A stretch of 64,000 nucleotides of DNA from an uncultured Paraperlucidibaca sp. (GCA_964511255.1 CAZEEQ010000014.1:1486-65485); one strand, 5' to 3'; counted from the first letter of the stretch, positions 31,273 to 43,027 are shown. Notes: a model not told the origin generated them from the sequence alone. Numbers and translations: made by a program.

Positions 31273-32064
31273 ATGCCGCTCGCCCCAGACACCTTCGCCC
31301 TCGCCGGCCGCACCTTTCATTCGCGCCTGCTGGTCGGTACCGGCAAGTACAAGGACATGGACGAGACCCGCGAGGCCATCGCCGCCAGCGGCGCCGAGAT
31401 CGTCACGGTGGCGGTGCGCCGTACCAATATCGGTCAGAACCCGGGCGAGCCGAATCTGCTCGATGTCATCTCGCCGGACCGCTACACCATCCTGCCCAAC
31501 ACGGCCGGCTGCTATACCGCCGAGGAAGCAGTGCGCACCTGCCGTCTCGCCCGCGAGCTGCTGGACGATCACCGTCTGGTGAAGCTGGAAGTGCTGGGTG
31601 ACCAGAAGACGCTGTACCCGAACATGCCGGAAACGCTGAAAGCCGCCGAGACGCTGGTGAAGGAAGGCTTCGAGGTCATGGTCTACTGCAACGACGACCC
31701 CATCGCCGCGCGCCTGTTCGCGCAGATGGGCTGCGTCGCGGTGATGCCGCTGGGCTCGCTGATCGGCTCCGGGCTGGGCATCGTGAACCCGTACAATCTG
31801 CGCATCATCCTCGAAGAAGCCACCGTTCCGGTGCTGATTGATGCCGGTGTCGGCACCGCCTCGGATGCCGCCGTGGCCATGGAACTGGGCGCGGCCGGCG
31901 TGCTCATGAACACCGCCATCGCAGCGGCCGGCAACCCGGTGCTGATGGCTTCGGCCATGCGCAAGGCGGTCGAGGCCGGGCGCGAAGCCTTCCTCGCCGG
32001 CCGCATGCCGCGCAAGCTCTACGCCAGTGCGTCAAGCCCGCTGGATGGCGTGGCTTTCCGCTGA
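31273..32064 (+). CDS. thiG: Thiazole synthase
   Basis: [35 protein letters not shown]. Confidence 0.97.
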   Translation: MPLAPDTFALAGRTFHSRLLVGTGKYKDMDETREAIAASGAEIVTVAVRRTNIGQNPGEPNLLDVISPDRYTILPNTAGCYTAEEAVRTCRLARELLDDHRLVKLEVLGDQKTLYPNMPETLKAAETLVKEGFEVMVYCNDDPIAARLFAQMGCVAVMPLGSLIGSGLGIVNPYNLRIILEEATVPVLIDAGVGTASDAAVAMELGAAGVLMNTAIAAAGNPVLMASAMRKAVEAGREAFLAGRMPRKLYASASSPLDGVAFR

Positions 32065-32097
32065 ACCCGGCCCGCGCTGACACGGGGCCATCGTCGC

Positions 32098-33144
32098 TCA
32101 GGGCAGCGACCGGAGAAATCTGACCGAGCGGGACAGGGCTTGCTGGCCGGCCTCGCTGTCGAGGTTGAACTGGTATTCGTGACCCAGCAGGGGCACGTGG
32201 TCTTTGGCAAAAAACAACGTGTCGACGCGCACGCCGAGCGCCGTCAGCACCTGGGCAAGACCTTGTGCCTGGGGCATCAGCGGGTCGCCGTTGCCCACCG
32301 AAATGAAGCTTGGCGGGAAATCCCGGGTGACGTGATCGATCACCGACATCCTGACAAAGGCCGGGTCGGCCAGGTAATCGCGACGACCGCTGTAGGACCA
32401 CAGCATGGTCCGGGTCGCGCGCCCGAGGACGCCATCCACTGGCATCTCGCGCAGGTCATAAGGCCCGCAGTAGAGCAGCAGGCCCTGCAGCTGATCGCGC
32501 CGGATCCCCGGTCTGATCGCCAGTGCCCGGGCGTAATCCGGCGAGCCGATGCTGATCGCCACCTGGGCAGAGAGGTTGGCGCCCGCCGAGTCACCCGCGA
32601 GAACAAAGCGGTGACGATCAATATGCAGTGCCTCGGCATGCCGGTCGAGATAGGACAGGGCGGTATTGATCTGGCGCGCCGGCTTGGGGTGATGGCTGCC
32701 CGGAGCCAGCGAGTAATCGACCGTGACCACCGTGAATCCCTGTCCGGCAAGCACCTTGGCATAGTTGTTCACCTGGCCGCGATTGCCTGACAACCAGCCG
32801 CCACCATGCGTCCAGACCACCACCGGCAGAACCGCTCCCGGGCTTGCGAGCCGGGCCGGATAATGCACATCCAGCAAGGCGTCAGGGTCATTTTCGTCAT
32901 AGCGGATGTTCAGTTGCGACTGTACCCCGGCCGGCACGTGCGGCAGCAAGGCCTGCGAGACCTTGTCGCCACCGGCATCGAAGAGTGCGCGGGTGAGCAT
33001 GGCACCCGGCCACGGGCTGATGGCCAGTGAGCCGCAGCCACTGGTCAGCAGCATGGCGACCAGCAGACCGAGACCGGCTGAGAAGCGTGCCATCCAACCG
33101 CCACTGCGACGGAATGCCTGTGTCGATCCGGGGGTACTCATCAT
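32098..33144 (-). CDS. HSL-family esterase with lipoprotein-type signal; last gene of the PKS operon
   Basis: LLTSGC lipobox-like signal, HGGGW, GDSAG, DPL, GHEYQF; alternative start at 33093. Confidence 0.85.
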   Translation of the reverse strand: MMSTPGSTQAFRRSGGWMARFSAGLGLLVAMLLTSGCGSLAISPWPGAMLTRALFDAGGDKVSQALLPHVPAGVQSQLNIRYDENDPDALLDVHYPARLASPGAVLPVVVWTHGGGWLSGNRGQVNNYAKVLAGQGFTVVTVDYSLAPGSHHPKPARQINTALSYLDRHAEALHIDRHRFVLAGDSAGANLSAQVAISIGSPDYARALAIRPGIRRDQLQGLLLYCGPYDLREMPVDGVLGRATRTMLWSYSGRRDYLADPAFVRMSVIDHVTRDFPPSFISVGNGDPLMPQAQGLAQVLTALGVRVDTLFFAKDHVPLLGHEYQFNLDSEAGQQALSRSVRFLRSLP

Positions 33145-33152
33145 GTCTCCGC

Positions 33153-34397
33153 TCAGGTGAGTTGCTGTTCACGGAGGTGCGCGATCAGTGCCTCGGCTCG
33201 TCCTCCGGAAGACAGTACGCGAGGCAGATTGAGGGTCAGCGTGACCTCCTCATTGATGCAGACCATGACAGCAAATGCGCTGCCTGACAACGGCATGACC
33301 AGCATATCGTCAGCGACGAAACCCGCTGCCCGGAAGTCGCCGAGATCAATGCGCCCGAGATAGGAAATCAGCGCCGTCTCCATGGGCTTGCGGGTACGGT
33401 AATTCTTCACGCTGCGCCCCAGCAAGCGGTCCAGCCAGCGCAAAGGCAACCAGCGCAAGGCGTCCATCCCGGCCGCGAAAGCAGCCTCGCGCCGGGCCGT
33501 CAGCAACTCGCGCAGACGGGACTGGAATACCTCGACGCCCTCGCCGGGCAGCAGCCGGACCAGCAGCATGCTGCTGAAGTTGGTGATGCTGCGAATGGCC
33601 GGCGCATGCCGGCGCAGGTCTACCGGTACCGCGATCAGCGCCGTCTGCGTACCGCACTGATGTGCGAAACCGGCCATGGCCACGGCGACGCGGGCGAGCT
33701 GCTGAGGCCTGACCGGCCCCAGCGAAATTCGCCACCAGTCATCTCCCTGTGCATCGCCCTGGGCCTCGCCGGTCAGCCAGCCGGTTGGCTCATGCAGGGG
33801 CGCGGCTTTGGGCACGGCCATGGCTCGCATCAGATCGACATCGCTGAACGCCACGTTACTCCCCCGCAGCGGCTCGCCGCGCAGGGCGCGGAAAAGCTCA
33901 CGCAGGCAGTGCAAGGCGCCCATGCCATCCATGATGGCATGCAGGGTGCGCAGGATGAGCAGCGCCCTGCCCGGGCCCTGACGGGCAATGATGAATTCGA
34001 CCACGGGCCCCTGGCGCAGGTCGAGGGGGGTTTCAGTGATGAATCCGGCGCCGGCGCCGGTCTGCAGGTCCCAGTGACAGTCATCGATGAGGCGCAGACG
34101 CGGCAAAGGTCCGTCACTGGTCCAGCGGGACCAGCCGAGACAGCCCTGCCAGCGCAGGCAGAGTGCCGGATTGACCGCCGCCACGCGGGCAATGGCCTGC
34201 TGCCAGTCCGCCACCGTGAGGCGGTCATCGTACGCGCCGGACAATACAAAAAAAACGCCGCGCGGCGGCTCCAGGGTATGCCGGCTGCTGCCGACGCTGG
34301 CATGGTAGTACTCGGCCCCGGAAACCGGCCGGTCCAGTACAACACCATCCTGCAAGGGTGGCAGCAGAGACAACAGTTCAGCCGGATCTGAGGGCAT
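33153..34397 (-). CDS. Stand-alone condensation-domain/PapA-like acyltransferase 2
   Basis: RTLHAIMDGMG (HxxxDG), AVPVDLRR; paralog of 38633-39853; start moved to ATG 34397. Confidence 0.72.
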   Translation of the reverse strand: MPSDPAELLSLLPPLQDGVVLDRPVSGAEYYHASVGSSRHTLEPPRGVFFVLSGAYDDRLTVADWQQAIARVAAVNPALCLRWQGCLGWSRWTSDGPLPRLRLIDDCHWDLQTGAGAGFITETPLDLRQGPVVEFIIARQGPGRALLILRTLHAIMDGMGALHCLRELFRALRGEPLRGSNVAFSDVDLMRAMAVPKAAPLHEPTGWLTGEAQGDAQGDDWWRISLGPVRPQQLARVAVAMAGFAHQCGTQTALIAVPVDLRRHAPAIRSITNFSSMLLVRLLPGEGVEVFQSRLRELLTARREAAFAAGMDALRWLPLRWLDRLLGRSVKNYRTRKPMETALISYLGRIDLGDFRAAGFVADDMLVMPLSGSAFAVMVCINEEVTLTLNLPRVLSSGGRAEALIAHLREQQLT

Positions 34398-35556
34398 CGA
34401 CGATCTCCATGCGAGCCGCACGGAAGGCTGGCAGAACACCGCCGAGCACCCCCATGAACAACGAGAAAGCCATGACCTGCAAAACAATGGCCGGGGTCAT
34501 GATGAGGCGGAAGATCACCTCGGAAAATGTCTGGATATTGGTGGTCGAAATTTCCACCAGCTGCATGAAGGCCGCGCCGGAAAGACCAATGACCCCCGCG
34601 ATGAACCCCAGCAGCAGTGCCTCCTGGAGAAAGGCGGTGACGATGTTGCTGCGCTGGAAGCCAAGGGCACGCAGGGTGCCGATTTCGCGCGTGCGGTTGG
34701 CGACACTGGAGTACATCGTGATCATGGCGCCGATCACCGCACCGATCGAGAAAATGATGGTGATGGTCTTGCCGAGGATATCGATGAAGGCCGACATTTT
34801 TTCGGACTGATCGGCATAGAACAATGATTCGCGCCGGTAATCGAGCTTGAGACTGGGCTGCTGCGTGAGCCCGGTGACGAACGCCCCGTAACTGGCGCTA
34901 TCGCGCAGGCTGATCACCAGCGAAGAGTACGCCTGCCGGCGAAAGGCCTGCATCAGCTGCTCGCTGTCCCCCCAGACCTCGGAGTCGAAGCCGCTGGCCC
35001 CGGCGGCAAAGACACCGACGATGCGCCATTCGCGCTGCCCGAAACGGATGCTGTCACCCAGTCTGAGGCTCAGGCGCCCGCGCGTCAGGGCATCGCCGAT
35101 GATCACTTCCGATGCCCCGCTGCGGAACAGCCGCCCGCTGCGCAGAGCGACCTGCGGGCGCATGGCGAGGCCGTTCGGCGAGGTGCCGCGCACCACGATA
35201 TTGGCAAGGCCGGTGCCATCGCGGCGCGGCATATTGACCAGCACCAGCACCTCCGGCGACAGGGTGGGATTGCCCATGGCATCGCTGGCAAGACCCGGCA
35301 GCGCCTCGACCATATTGACCTGGTCACGGCTGATGGTGCTCTGCACCTCGGTCTGCGAGCCCTGACGGATCAGCACGACGTTGTCGTAGGAGCCGGTGCC
35401 CGACATGGTCTGGCGCAAGCCCTCGCTCATCATCAGCACGCAGGCGAAAACGAACACCACCAGCGCCATCCCGGCAGCGGTCAGGAGCGTGGTGAGCTTG
35501 CGCGCCGCCAGGTTGCGCGCAACATAGGAAAAGGAAAGTCCGTGCTTCATGGCCAT
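34378..35556 (-). CDS. MacB/FtsX-like ABC permease
   Basis: N-terminal TM helix, periplasmic domain, ANRTREIGTLRALGF. Confidence 0.9.
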   Translation of the reverse strand: MAMKHGLSFSYVARNLAARKLTTLLTAAGMALVVFVFACVLMMSEGLRQTMSGTGSYDNVVLIRQGSQTEVQSTISRDQVNMVEALPGLASDAMGNPTLSPEVLVLVNMPRRDGTGLANIVVRGTSPNGLAMRPQVALRSGRLFRSGASEVIIGDALTRGRLSLRLGDSIRFGQREWRIVGVFAAGASGFDSEVWGDSEQLMQAFRRQAYSSLVISLRDSASYGAFVTGLTQQPSLKLDYRRESLFYADQSEKMSAFIDILGKTITIIFSIGAVIGAMITMYSSVANRTREIGTLRALGFQRSNIVTAFLQEALLLGFIAGVIGLSGAAFMQLVEISTTNIQTFSEVIFRLIMTPAIVLQVMAFSLFMGVLGGVLPAFRAARMEIVDALRSG

Positions 35557-35558
35557 GC

Positions 35559-36725
35559 TCAGGTCACTGCCCGCAGGCCGTCGACAATGCGGATGCGGCC
35601 GCTGCTCACGGCAGGCGCCAGTGAGGCGACCAGACCGATCACCAGCGCCGCGCCGGCCTGCAGCGCCAGCGTCGTCGGCGTGACCGCGAACACCAGGAAC
35701 AGGTCGCGGGTAGCGGCGAAGAAAGCCTCCGCCAGCGGAAACGTCAGTGCAATGCCGAGCCCGCCGCCGAGCAGGGCCATGGCCAGCGACTCTCCGACGA
35801 TCAGGCCATAGACAAAGTGGCGCCCGAAACCGAGGGCCTTGAGCGTGGCGTATTCACGGGTACGCTCGCGCGCCGCCATGGCCATGGTATTCGCCATCAC
35901 CGCCATGATGATCAGGATGACCACATACGCCACCGTCTGGATGGCGAGCAGAATGGTATCGACCATGGCGATGAAACCAAGCTGGAAGGCCTTCTGCGAT
36001 TCCGTTCGGGTCTCCGACAACGAATTGCGGAAGAGGCTGTCGATGGCCGCCGACACGGTGGTCAGCGCCGCCGGATCAGTGACATCAATGACAAAAATGC
36101 CGACCTTGTCCGCCAGCGAGGGCAGGACTGCCTTCACGGTTTCATTGACGTAGGCCCAGTGCATGAGGAACTGACCGGTATCGACCTTGTCATCGCTTCC
36201 GGTATAAATGCCGCGGATGGTGAAGCTCCAGACCCCCGGGTAGAGGGTGCCGCGCAGCGGCACCTGGTCGCCGATATGCCAATCGTACTTGGCCGCCAGC
36301 TTGGCACCGACAATCACCCCGCGCCGGTCGGCCCGGAAAGCCGCCAGCTGCTCGGGCGGGACCACATACTCGTCATAGACCTTGAAATAGCTCTCCGGAT
36401 CAACCGCGAACTGCGCGAAGAAATGCTTTTCGTCGATGTAGATGCCGCCGAACCAGTTGGCCCAGGTCACCGCCTCGACACCCGGCACGCGGCGCAGGCG
36501 CTCGCCATAGCTGTGCGGCAGCGGGAAGGCCAGAGAGGCAGCATTACGCGTGATGAGGCGGGCCGATGAGCTCAGCTCAGCACCGGCATACCAGGAGTCG
36601 ACCACGGTACGCAGCAGACCGAAGGCAATGATGGCAACCGCGATTCCGGCCATGGTCAGCACCGATCGCAGACGATGACGCCAGAGATTGCGGCTGGCGA
36701 GACGAAGCACATAGGCCGCCTGCAT
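35559..36725 (-). CDS. MacB/FtsX-like ABC permease
   Basis: [28 protein letters not shown]. Confidence 0.9.
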   Translation of the reverse strand: MQAAYVLRLASRNLWRHRLRSVLTMAGIAVAIIAFGLLRTVVDSWYAGAELSSSARLITRNAASLAFPLPHSYGERLRRVPGVEAVTWANWFGGIYIDEKHFFAQFAVDPESYFKVYDEYVVPPEQLAAFRADRRGVIVGAKLAAKYDWHIGDQVPLRGTLYPGVWSFTIRGIYTGSDDKVDTGQFLMHWAYVNETVKAVLPSLADKVGIFVIDVTDPAALTTVSAAIDSLFRNSLSETRTESQKAFQLGFIAMVDTILLAIQTVAYVVILIIMAVMANTMAMAARERTREYATLKALGFGRHFVYGLIVGESLAMALLGGGLGIALTFPLAEAFFAATRDLFLVFAVTPTTLALQAGAALVIGLVASLAPAVSSGRIRIVDGLRAVT

Positions 36726-36726
36726 A

Positions 36727-37415
<689 letters not shown>

Positions 37416-37419
<4 letters not shown>

Positions 37420-38636
37420 GGCGCCTCCGGCAATTTCAGCGCGGTGCCATCGCTGACCTTGTCGCCCGGGCTAAGCACCAGTGCCTCACCGGCCTTGAGC
37501 TGGCCGCTGACCTGCTGAACATCACCGAGACGGGCACCGGCCCTGACCCTGACTTCCACGGCCTTGCCATCGTCACCGATGCGATAAACCACCGTCTCGC
37601 CCTGCCGCTTGACCACGGCCTGCGGGTTGACCGCCAGCACCGGCTCGCGGGCCTCGGCCGGTACCGGCTTCGAGAGGAAACTGACGCGCGCGCTCATGTC
37701 CGGCAGGATGCGGGCATCGCGATCGAGGATGCGGACCTTGGTGGTGACGGTGGCACTGGCGCGATTGACCGTCGGCACGATGGCATCGACTTCGCCACGG
37801 AAGCGGCGGTTGGGGAAGGCATCCAGCGCGATCTCGCAGGGCTGTCCGACTCGGACGCTGGACAACGCCGATTCGGAGACATCGGCGTCAACCTGCAGCG
37901 TGCTCATGTCCGCCATGATCAGCACCGCGCCCTTGGCATCGGCGGCGGATGACAGCGGCGTCACGATATCGCCGATATTGGCCGATCGTGAGATCACCAC
38001 GCCATCGAAGGGTGCGCGGATCGCGGTGTAGTCAACCGTGCTGCGGGCATTGTCTTGATTGGCGCGGGCAGCGGACAGCGACGACCGGGCGCTGCTGACG
38101 GCGGCCTGGGCACGGCGGTAGCGCGACTGGGCATCGCTCACGGTGACCTGGGCAACCAGGCCCTTGCTGTAAAGCCGCGTCATGCGCTGGAAATTGAGTT
38201 CGGCGTCGCCGAGCTCGGTCTCGGCCGAGGTGACACCCGCCATGGCAACCTGGCTGTTGGCCTCGGAAGCCCGGTAGGCGGCATCAACATCCTGACTTTC
38301 AAGACGGGCGACCACGGTGCCGGCCTTGACGAATTCGCCCTCGCTGACTCCCAGCCATTCGACCCGACCGGTACCCTTGGAAGCCACCGCCGCCTTGCGC
38401 CGCGCCACCACATAGCCGGTGGCATCGAGCAGCACGTACTGCTGCGAAGGCCAGGCCGTCACGACCCGCGTGACCTGCACCGGCACCACCGAAGGCGCGA
38501 ACACTAACCAGGCCAGACCCAGTGCCATGGCTACCAGCACCAGATGCCAGGCCTTGAAGCGACGGCGCGTGACCGCCCGCGGTGTGGCGGCCGCGGTGCG
38601 ATCCACCTTCAGCTTGCCGAGATCGACTTGATTCAA
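37416..38636 (-). CDS. Periplasmic adaptor (MacA-like membrane fusion protein)
   Basis: Single TM helix, lipoyl halves ([18 protein letters not shown]), coiled coil, LPDMS. Confidence 0.9.
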
Positions 38637-39853
38637 GATATCTGTCCTGCCTTTGAGAAATGCGCCGTGTAGGCGGCGATCAGTTCATCGAGTTGTCCCT
38701 GCTGGTTGTAACTTGCCGGTGCGGCAAACGACACCACCGTGGTCTCGGGGTAGTTGAGGAAAACGACATTGAGCTTGCCGACGGCACCGGGGATGCCATA
38801 GAGCATGTCCGCAGTGAAGCCGGGAAAGCTGTAGGTCTCGCGCGAGGCATTGCCCATGGACACGATGCCGCCGGTCGGCAGCGCAGGCGATACCGTGTGC
38901 AGGATGTCATCGACCTTGGGGCGAAGTTGGCGGAGCATGAACCAGACCGGCATCCAGAGCAGGGTCTTGATGCCGGGGAACTGGCGGCAGTCGGCCTTGG
39001 CGCGCAAACGGCCGACGATCTGCTGCATGAGCTGGCGCGGCGTGGCCTCAGGCGCCACGGACAGGCGCACATAGCCAGTCAGGTTGCCAAGGCCCATCTC
39101 GTCGGTCCGCAGACCGCGATAATCGACCGGGATGGTGAAACCGACATCGCCAGCCGGCTCGCGACGACGCGCCCATTCAGCCAGGAACGCGGCCGTGCGC
39201 GGCAGCAGCTGACTGGCGTTGTGATCCAGTTCGATGCGGCGCCAGACATAGGCCAGCGGACCCCGCGGAGCGGCATCCGGCGCCAGCACGGGAATGCACG
39301 AGACCGGCGGTGTCGCCGGCTCTTCCGGGATCTCGTCGCGATAGCGTTCCTGGATATCGAGGTCGGTCAGACGCGAATCGGAACCCTGCAGCGGCTCGCC
39401 GCGCATGGCCCGGCAGACTTCGCTGACCCAGTGCATGAAGCCACGACCATCAATGGCGGCATGCAAGGTGCGGAAGACCAGTCTCGTCTTGCCATCACAG
39501 CAGGGCACGATGATGACATCGGCCACCGGGCCGCCGCGCAGGGCATCGAGGCGCTGCGTGAGGATATCGGCACCGCGTTCGCTGCGGCCATCCCAGTCGG
39601 TCAGCGGTGCCAGACGCACCTGCGGCGCGATGCCGCTATCGACCCAACGCGAGAAGGCGAGCCAGCCCGTGAGGCGCACGCGGATGGCCGGATTGGCCGC
39701 CGCCGCGCGCGTGACCGCCGTCTGCAGTGCTTCAGGGTCAACCCGGCCGGTACCCTCGACAATGCCGTCGACGTGATAGCGGTAGACCTCGTTGAGCACC
39801 AGCGAATAGCGCTCCAGGGCCGATACCTTGCGGACGTAATGCGACGAACTCAT
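38633..39853 (-). CDS. Stand-alone condensation-domain/PapA-like acyltransferase 1
   Basis: RKVSALER N-terminus, RTLHAAIDGRG (HxxxDG), TIPVDYR; start moved to ATG 39853. Confidence 0.75.
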   Translation of the reverse strand: MSSSHYVRKVSALERYSLVLNEVYRYHVDGIVEGTGRVDPEALQTAVTRAAAANPAIRVRLTGWLAFSRWVDSGIAPQVRLAPLTDWDGRSERGADILTQRLDALRGGPVADVIIVPCCDGKTRLVFRTLHAAIDGRGFMHWVSEVCRAMRGEPLQGSDSRLTDLDIQERYRDEIPEEPATPPVSCIPVLAPDAAPRGPLAYVWRRIELDHNASQLLPRTAAFLAEWARRREPAGDVGFTIPVDYRGLRTDEMGLGNLTGYVRLSVAPEATPRQLMQQIVGRLRAKADCRQFPGIKTLLWMPVWFMLRQLRPKVDDILHTVSPALPTGGIVSMGNASRETYSFPGFTADMLYGIPGAVGKLNVVFLNYPETTVVSFAAPASYNQQGQLDELIAAYTAHFSKAGQIS

Positions 39854-40752
39854 GTCGGCTCCTTGCACGCTGTCATGGCCGGGCCGCGGCAGCAGTAAAT
39901 CAGGGTATGGGTCGCGACGCCGGCCTGCGGCAGGCCCCAGTCGGCGGCGACATCGCCGGTACTGAACGATTCGACCCGGGCGAAGCCGCAAGCGCGCAGA
40001 TCGGCTGCCACGGCATCACGATCGCGCTGGTCATACGCGAAGTCACCCCGGATGCCGAGCACGCGGACGCGCAGGACATGCAGCAGGCGACCCAGCCAGC
40101 TGCGCGGCGGCTCCTCACTGAGCGGAATGTAGTCGAACAGGTAAACTCCGCCCGTGGCGATCACCAGCGCCGCCACCGAGCGCCAGATAGCGAGCTGCTG
40201 TTCGCGCGGGAAATACATCATCAGGCCTTCGCTGATCACGGCCGTCGGCTGGCTGTCGGCCGCATCGGCCGATGCCGTGCCGGCGAACTCGGCCACAAAG
40301 TCCAGACAGGTCATATCGCCGGCACGCAGACTGAAGTTGCCGCGCTGCAAGGCCACCCGCCCGGCCTCGCTGGCTTCGAGCTGTCGCCGCTTGGCGGCGA
40401 CCATGTCCGGCAGATCGATCTCGATATACTCGCGCGCCGGATCGGCGCTGAAACTGACGCCGCGCGGCGAGAAGCCGCTGGCCACCTCGATCACCCGCTG
40501 GCACCCGGAGCCCGCGAGCAAATGGTCGATGGCGGCATGGCGATGCAGCAATTGATGGCGCAGCGAGAACGTGCGCGGATTGAGCCAGCGGTAAAAGCGC
40601 ATATAAGCATTGACGAGCCGGAATACCGGATCGGCATCTTGCGGCGTGACCACATCAGCAGCCGCAAAGCCCGCCCACCGCCAGGTGCCTGCGGTATAGA
40701 GCGCCGACACGGCGACATTATCCTTGTTGGTATCCATATGCTTCCTGCCCAT
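39850..40752 (-). CDS. Class I SAM-dependent methyltransferase (LCM/O-methyltransferase-like)
   Basis: RHAAID, VIEVASGFSPRG, EIDLPDMV, ISEGLMMYF. Confidence 0.82.
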   Translation of the reverse strand: MGRKHMDTNKDNVAVSALYTAGTWRWAGFAAADVVTPQDADPVFRLVNAYMRFYRWLNPRTFSLRHQLLHRHAAIDHLLAGSGCQRVIEVASGFSPRGVSFSADPAREYIEIDLPDMVAAKRRQLEASEAGRVALQRGNFSLRAGDMTCLDFVAEFAGTASADAADSQPTAVISEGLMMYFPREQQLAIWRSVAALVIATGGVYLFDYIPLSEEPPRSWLGRLLHVLRVRVLGIRGDFAYDQRDRDAVAADLRACGFARVESFSTGDVAADWGLPQAGVATHTLIYCCRGPAMTACKEPT

Positions 40753-41543
40753 CAGCCGCACTCCGCCAGCAACGCGGGCTGGCACAGGAATTCGTCCAGC
40801 AGCGCGCGCAGAGCAGCAGGCGCCTCGACCGGGACATGGTGCCCGCAATCCAGCAAGCGCAGATCCGCATGCGGCAATTGTGACTGCAGGCGATGACCCG
40901 CCTCCAGGCAGGGCGAGCGGCTGCCATAGACCAGCAGTACCGGATGGGCGAAAGCACGCAGGTCAGCTTCCTGCTCGCTGCCCATGGCGGCAACATCGGC
41001 CACCAGAGAAGACTCGAAGAACAAGCTTTCCAGACGCTGATGCATGCGTTCGAGACGACGCCCGCGCAAGGTGCTGGCAATCAGCGGGTCGGAGGCGATC
41101 CAGTCGGCCAGCTTCTCGCGTGAATCAGCGGCGAGCAGACTGGGGGCAACCCAATAACCGGCCGGCATGGGAGCATCGACGAGCACCAGGCGGCGCACAC
41201 GCTGTGGCCAAGTCAGCGCGAAGCGCAGGGCAATCAGCGCGCCCAGGCTATGGCCGACGAGATCCACCGGGGTCTGTGCCGGCAGACGGTCATCCAGCAC
41301 CGCCAGCAGATCGCGGGCATGACTGTCGAGATCGAAGCCGCCAGCCGGCACACTGCTGCCGCCATGGCCGCGCAGATCGTAAAGGACAATCTGCCGCGTG
41401 CTCGCCAGCGGCAGCGCTATGCTGGTGTACCAGGTCGCCATGTTGCCTGAAACCAGGCCATGCAAGAGCACCAGCGGCTCATGGCCATCAGGCCCGAGCG
41501 CCAGGGTCGACAACTCGACACCGGCGCCTGTCACCATTCTCAT
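40752..41543 (-). CDS. Alpha/beta-hydrolase (candidate thioesterase/acyltransferase)
   Basis: LLHGL, YDLRGHGGS, GHSLG, CGHHVP. Confidence 0.85.
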   Translation of the reverse strand: MRMVTGAGVELSTLALGPDGHEPLVLLHGLVSGNMATWYTSIALPLASTRQIVLYDLRGHGGSSVPAGGFDLDSHARDLLAVLDDRLPAQTPVDLVGHSLGALIALRFALTWPQRVRRLVLVDAPMPAGYWVAPSLLAADSREKLADWIASDPLIASTLRGRRLERMHQRLESLFFESSLVADVAAMGSEQEADLRAFAHPVLLVYGSRSPCLEAGHRLQSQLPHADLRLLDCGHHVPVEAPAALRALLDEFLCQPALLAECG

Positions 41544-42712
41544 GCGCAGCGCTCCCTCTGGCGCAATGCCAGATCCAGGATGACATCAGCCGCCCCGGCA
41601 GCACCCGGCGCCGCACCCAGTTCGATACCCAGACGCGCGGCCGCCGCCGCCAGCTCCGGGTTGCCGAGCAGCTCGTCAATGGTGGCGCGCGCCATGTTCG
41701 GCGTGACCTTGCCATGCCGCATGAAAAGCCCGGCACCGGCATCAATGACCTGGCGAGCGATGACTGGCTGATCATCCCGGATAGGCGCCAGGATGAGCGG
41801 ACGACCATGCAGCAAGGCTTCACAGACGGTGTTATGCCCGGCATGGCAGATCACGGCGTCGACCGCCTGCAGCAGGGCCAGCTGCGGCACGAAATCGCGC
41901 ACCAGAACATTTTCCGGCGCCTGCGCAGCCAGCGCGGCCGGGGCCACCATCACAGCCTGAATGTCATCCCGTCCCGCGAGTGCCGCCATGATGACCTCGA
42001 AGAAACGGGTGTCGCGATCACGACTGACCGTGCCGAGACTGACCAGCAGCTTGCGCGTGCCCGGCCGCAGCCAGTCCCAGGGGAAGGCAATGTCTGCCCT
42101 GCCCTCGCCACGGGTGGGGCCGACAAACACATAGGGCGCGTCAATACGTGACTGATCCGGGGCCAGCAACGCCTCGATCGAGAACACCACGGCCGCATGC
42201 GGTGAAAAGTCAGGGCGCGAACAACGCAGCGCGGCCGGCAGGTACTCCTGCTGAAGACCGGCATACTGCTCGGCCACCCAGGCATCGAGCATGTCAGACA
42301 GCCTGAGAATGGATGCCGTGGTGGTGACCAGCGTGACCCAGGGCAACTGCAGCTTGCGCGCAACCAGTGCCCCGGCCGGCATCTGGTGGTCGACCACCAT
42401 GACATCCGGCCGGAACTCCCGGGCGGCCGCTTCGATCAGCGGCAACGACTGCCGCGCCAGTGGCAGGGCGTAGTCCTCGAAAAACAGGCGCACACTCTCC
42501 AGCCCCCTCACTTTGGGGGCCTCAATGCCGGTCACCACATCCCCTGCATCCAGCGGATAGACCTGCGCCGTCGCCGGCAGACGGTCACCGAGACGCTGGG
42601 CATGGACGGCCCAGGCCACGTCGTGACCGGCACGTGTCAGGACTGCAGCCACCGCCAGCGCCGGGTTGAGATGCCCCACCAGCGGCGGCACGGTAAAGAG
42701 AATGCGGGCCAT
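41540..42712 (-). CDS. GT1-family (MGT/UGT) glycosyltransferase
   Basis: PPLVGHLNP, VSLGT, FVPQ...HAGHNTVCEALLHGRP...DDQ. Confidence 0.9.
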   Translation of the reverse strand: MARILFTVPPLVGHLNPALAVAAVLTRAGHDVAWAVHAQRLGDRLPATAQVYPLDAGDVVTGIEAPKVRGLESVRLFFEDYALPLARQSLPLIEAAAREFRPDVMVVDHQMPAGALVARKLQLPWVTLVTTTASILRLSDMLDAWVAEQYAGLQQEYLPAALRCSRPDFSPHAAVVFSIEALLAPDQSRIDAPYVFVGPTRGEGRADIAFPWDWLRPGTRKLLVSLGTVSRDRDTRFFEVIMAALAGRDDIQAVMVAPAALAAQAPENVLVRDFVPQLALLQAVDAVICHAGHNTVCEALLHGRPLILAPIRDDQPVIARQVIDAGAGLFMRHGKVTPNMARATIDELLGNPELAAAAARLGIELGAAPGAAGAADVILDLALRQRERCA

Positions 42713-42717
42713 CGGGG

Positions 42718-43002
42718 TCAGGCTGCCTTGAGTGCGAGGCTGATGTAGCTGGCCAGCTCACCGACACTGAGACCGATCAGCTCATGAATGGTCTTGCCGG
42801 CCAGCCAGCCGGCGATGTCGAGATGGGTGCCGTAATGCTGCTGGATGGCATTGGCGATCTTCACGAACTCGATGCTCTCGATTTCCAGATCGTCGTTGAA
42901 CCGGGTTTCCGGGGTGATCTCGATATCGTGGATCCATTCTTCGTTGATGGTGCTGCGGATCTTGGCGATCACGAGGTCCAGCACGGCGTTGTCATGGCTC
43001 AT
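42718..43002 (-). CDS. Stand-alone acyl carrier protein
   Basis: 94 aa, acidic; ITPETRFNDDLEIESIEF with Ser at the phosphopantetheine position (ESI in place of DSL). Confidence 0.82.
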   Translation of the reverse strand: MSHDNAVLDLVIAKIRSTINEEWIHDIEITPETRFNDDLEIESIEFVKIANAIQQHYGTHLDIAGWLAGKTIHELIGLSVGELASYISLALKAA

Positions 43003-43027
43003 GAGATTTCTCTGCTACTGCTCAAAT

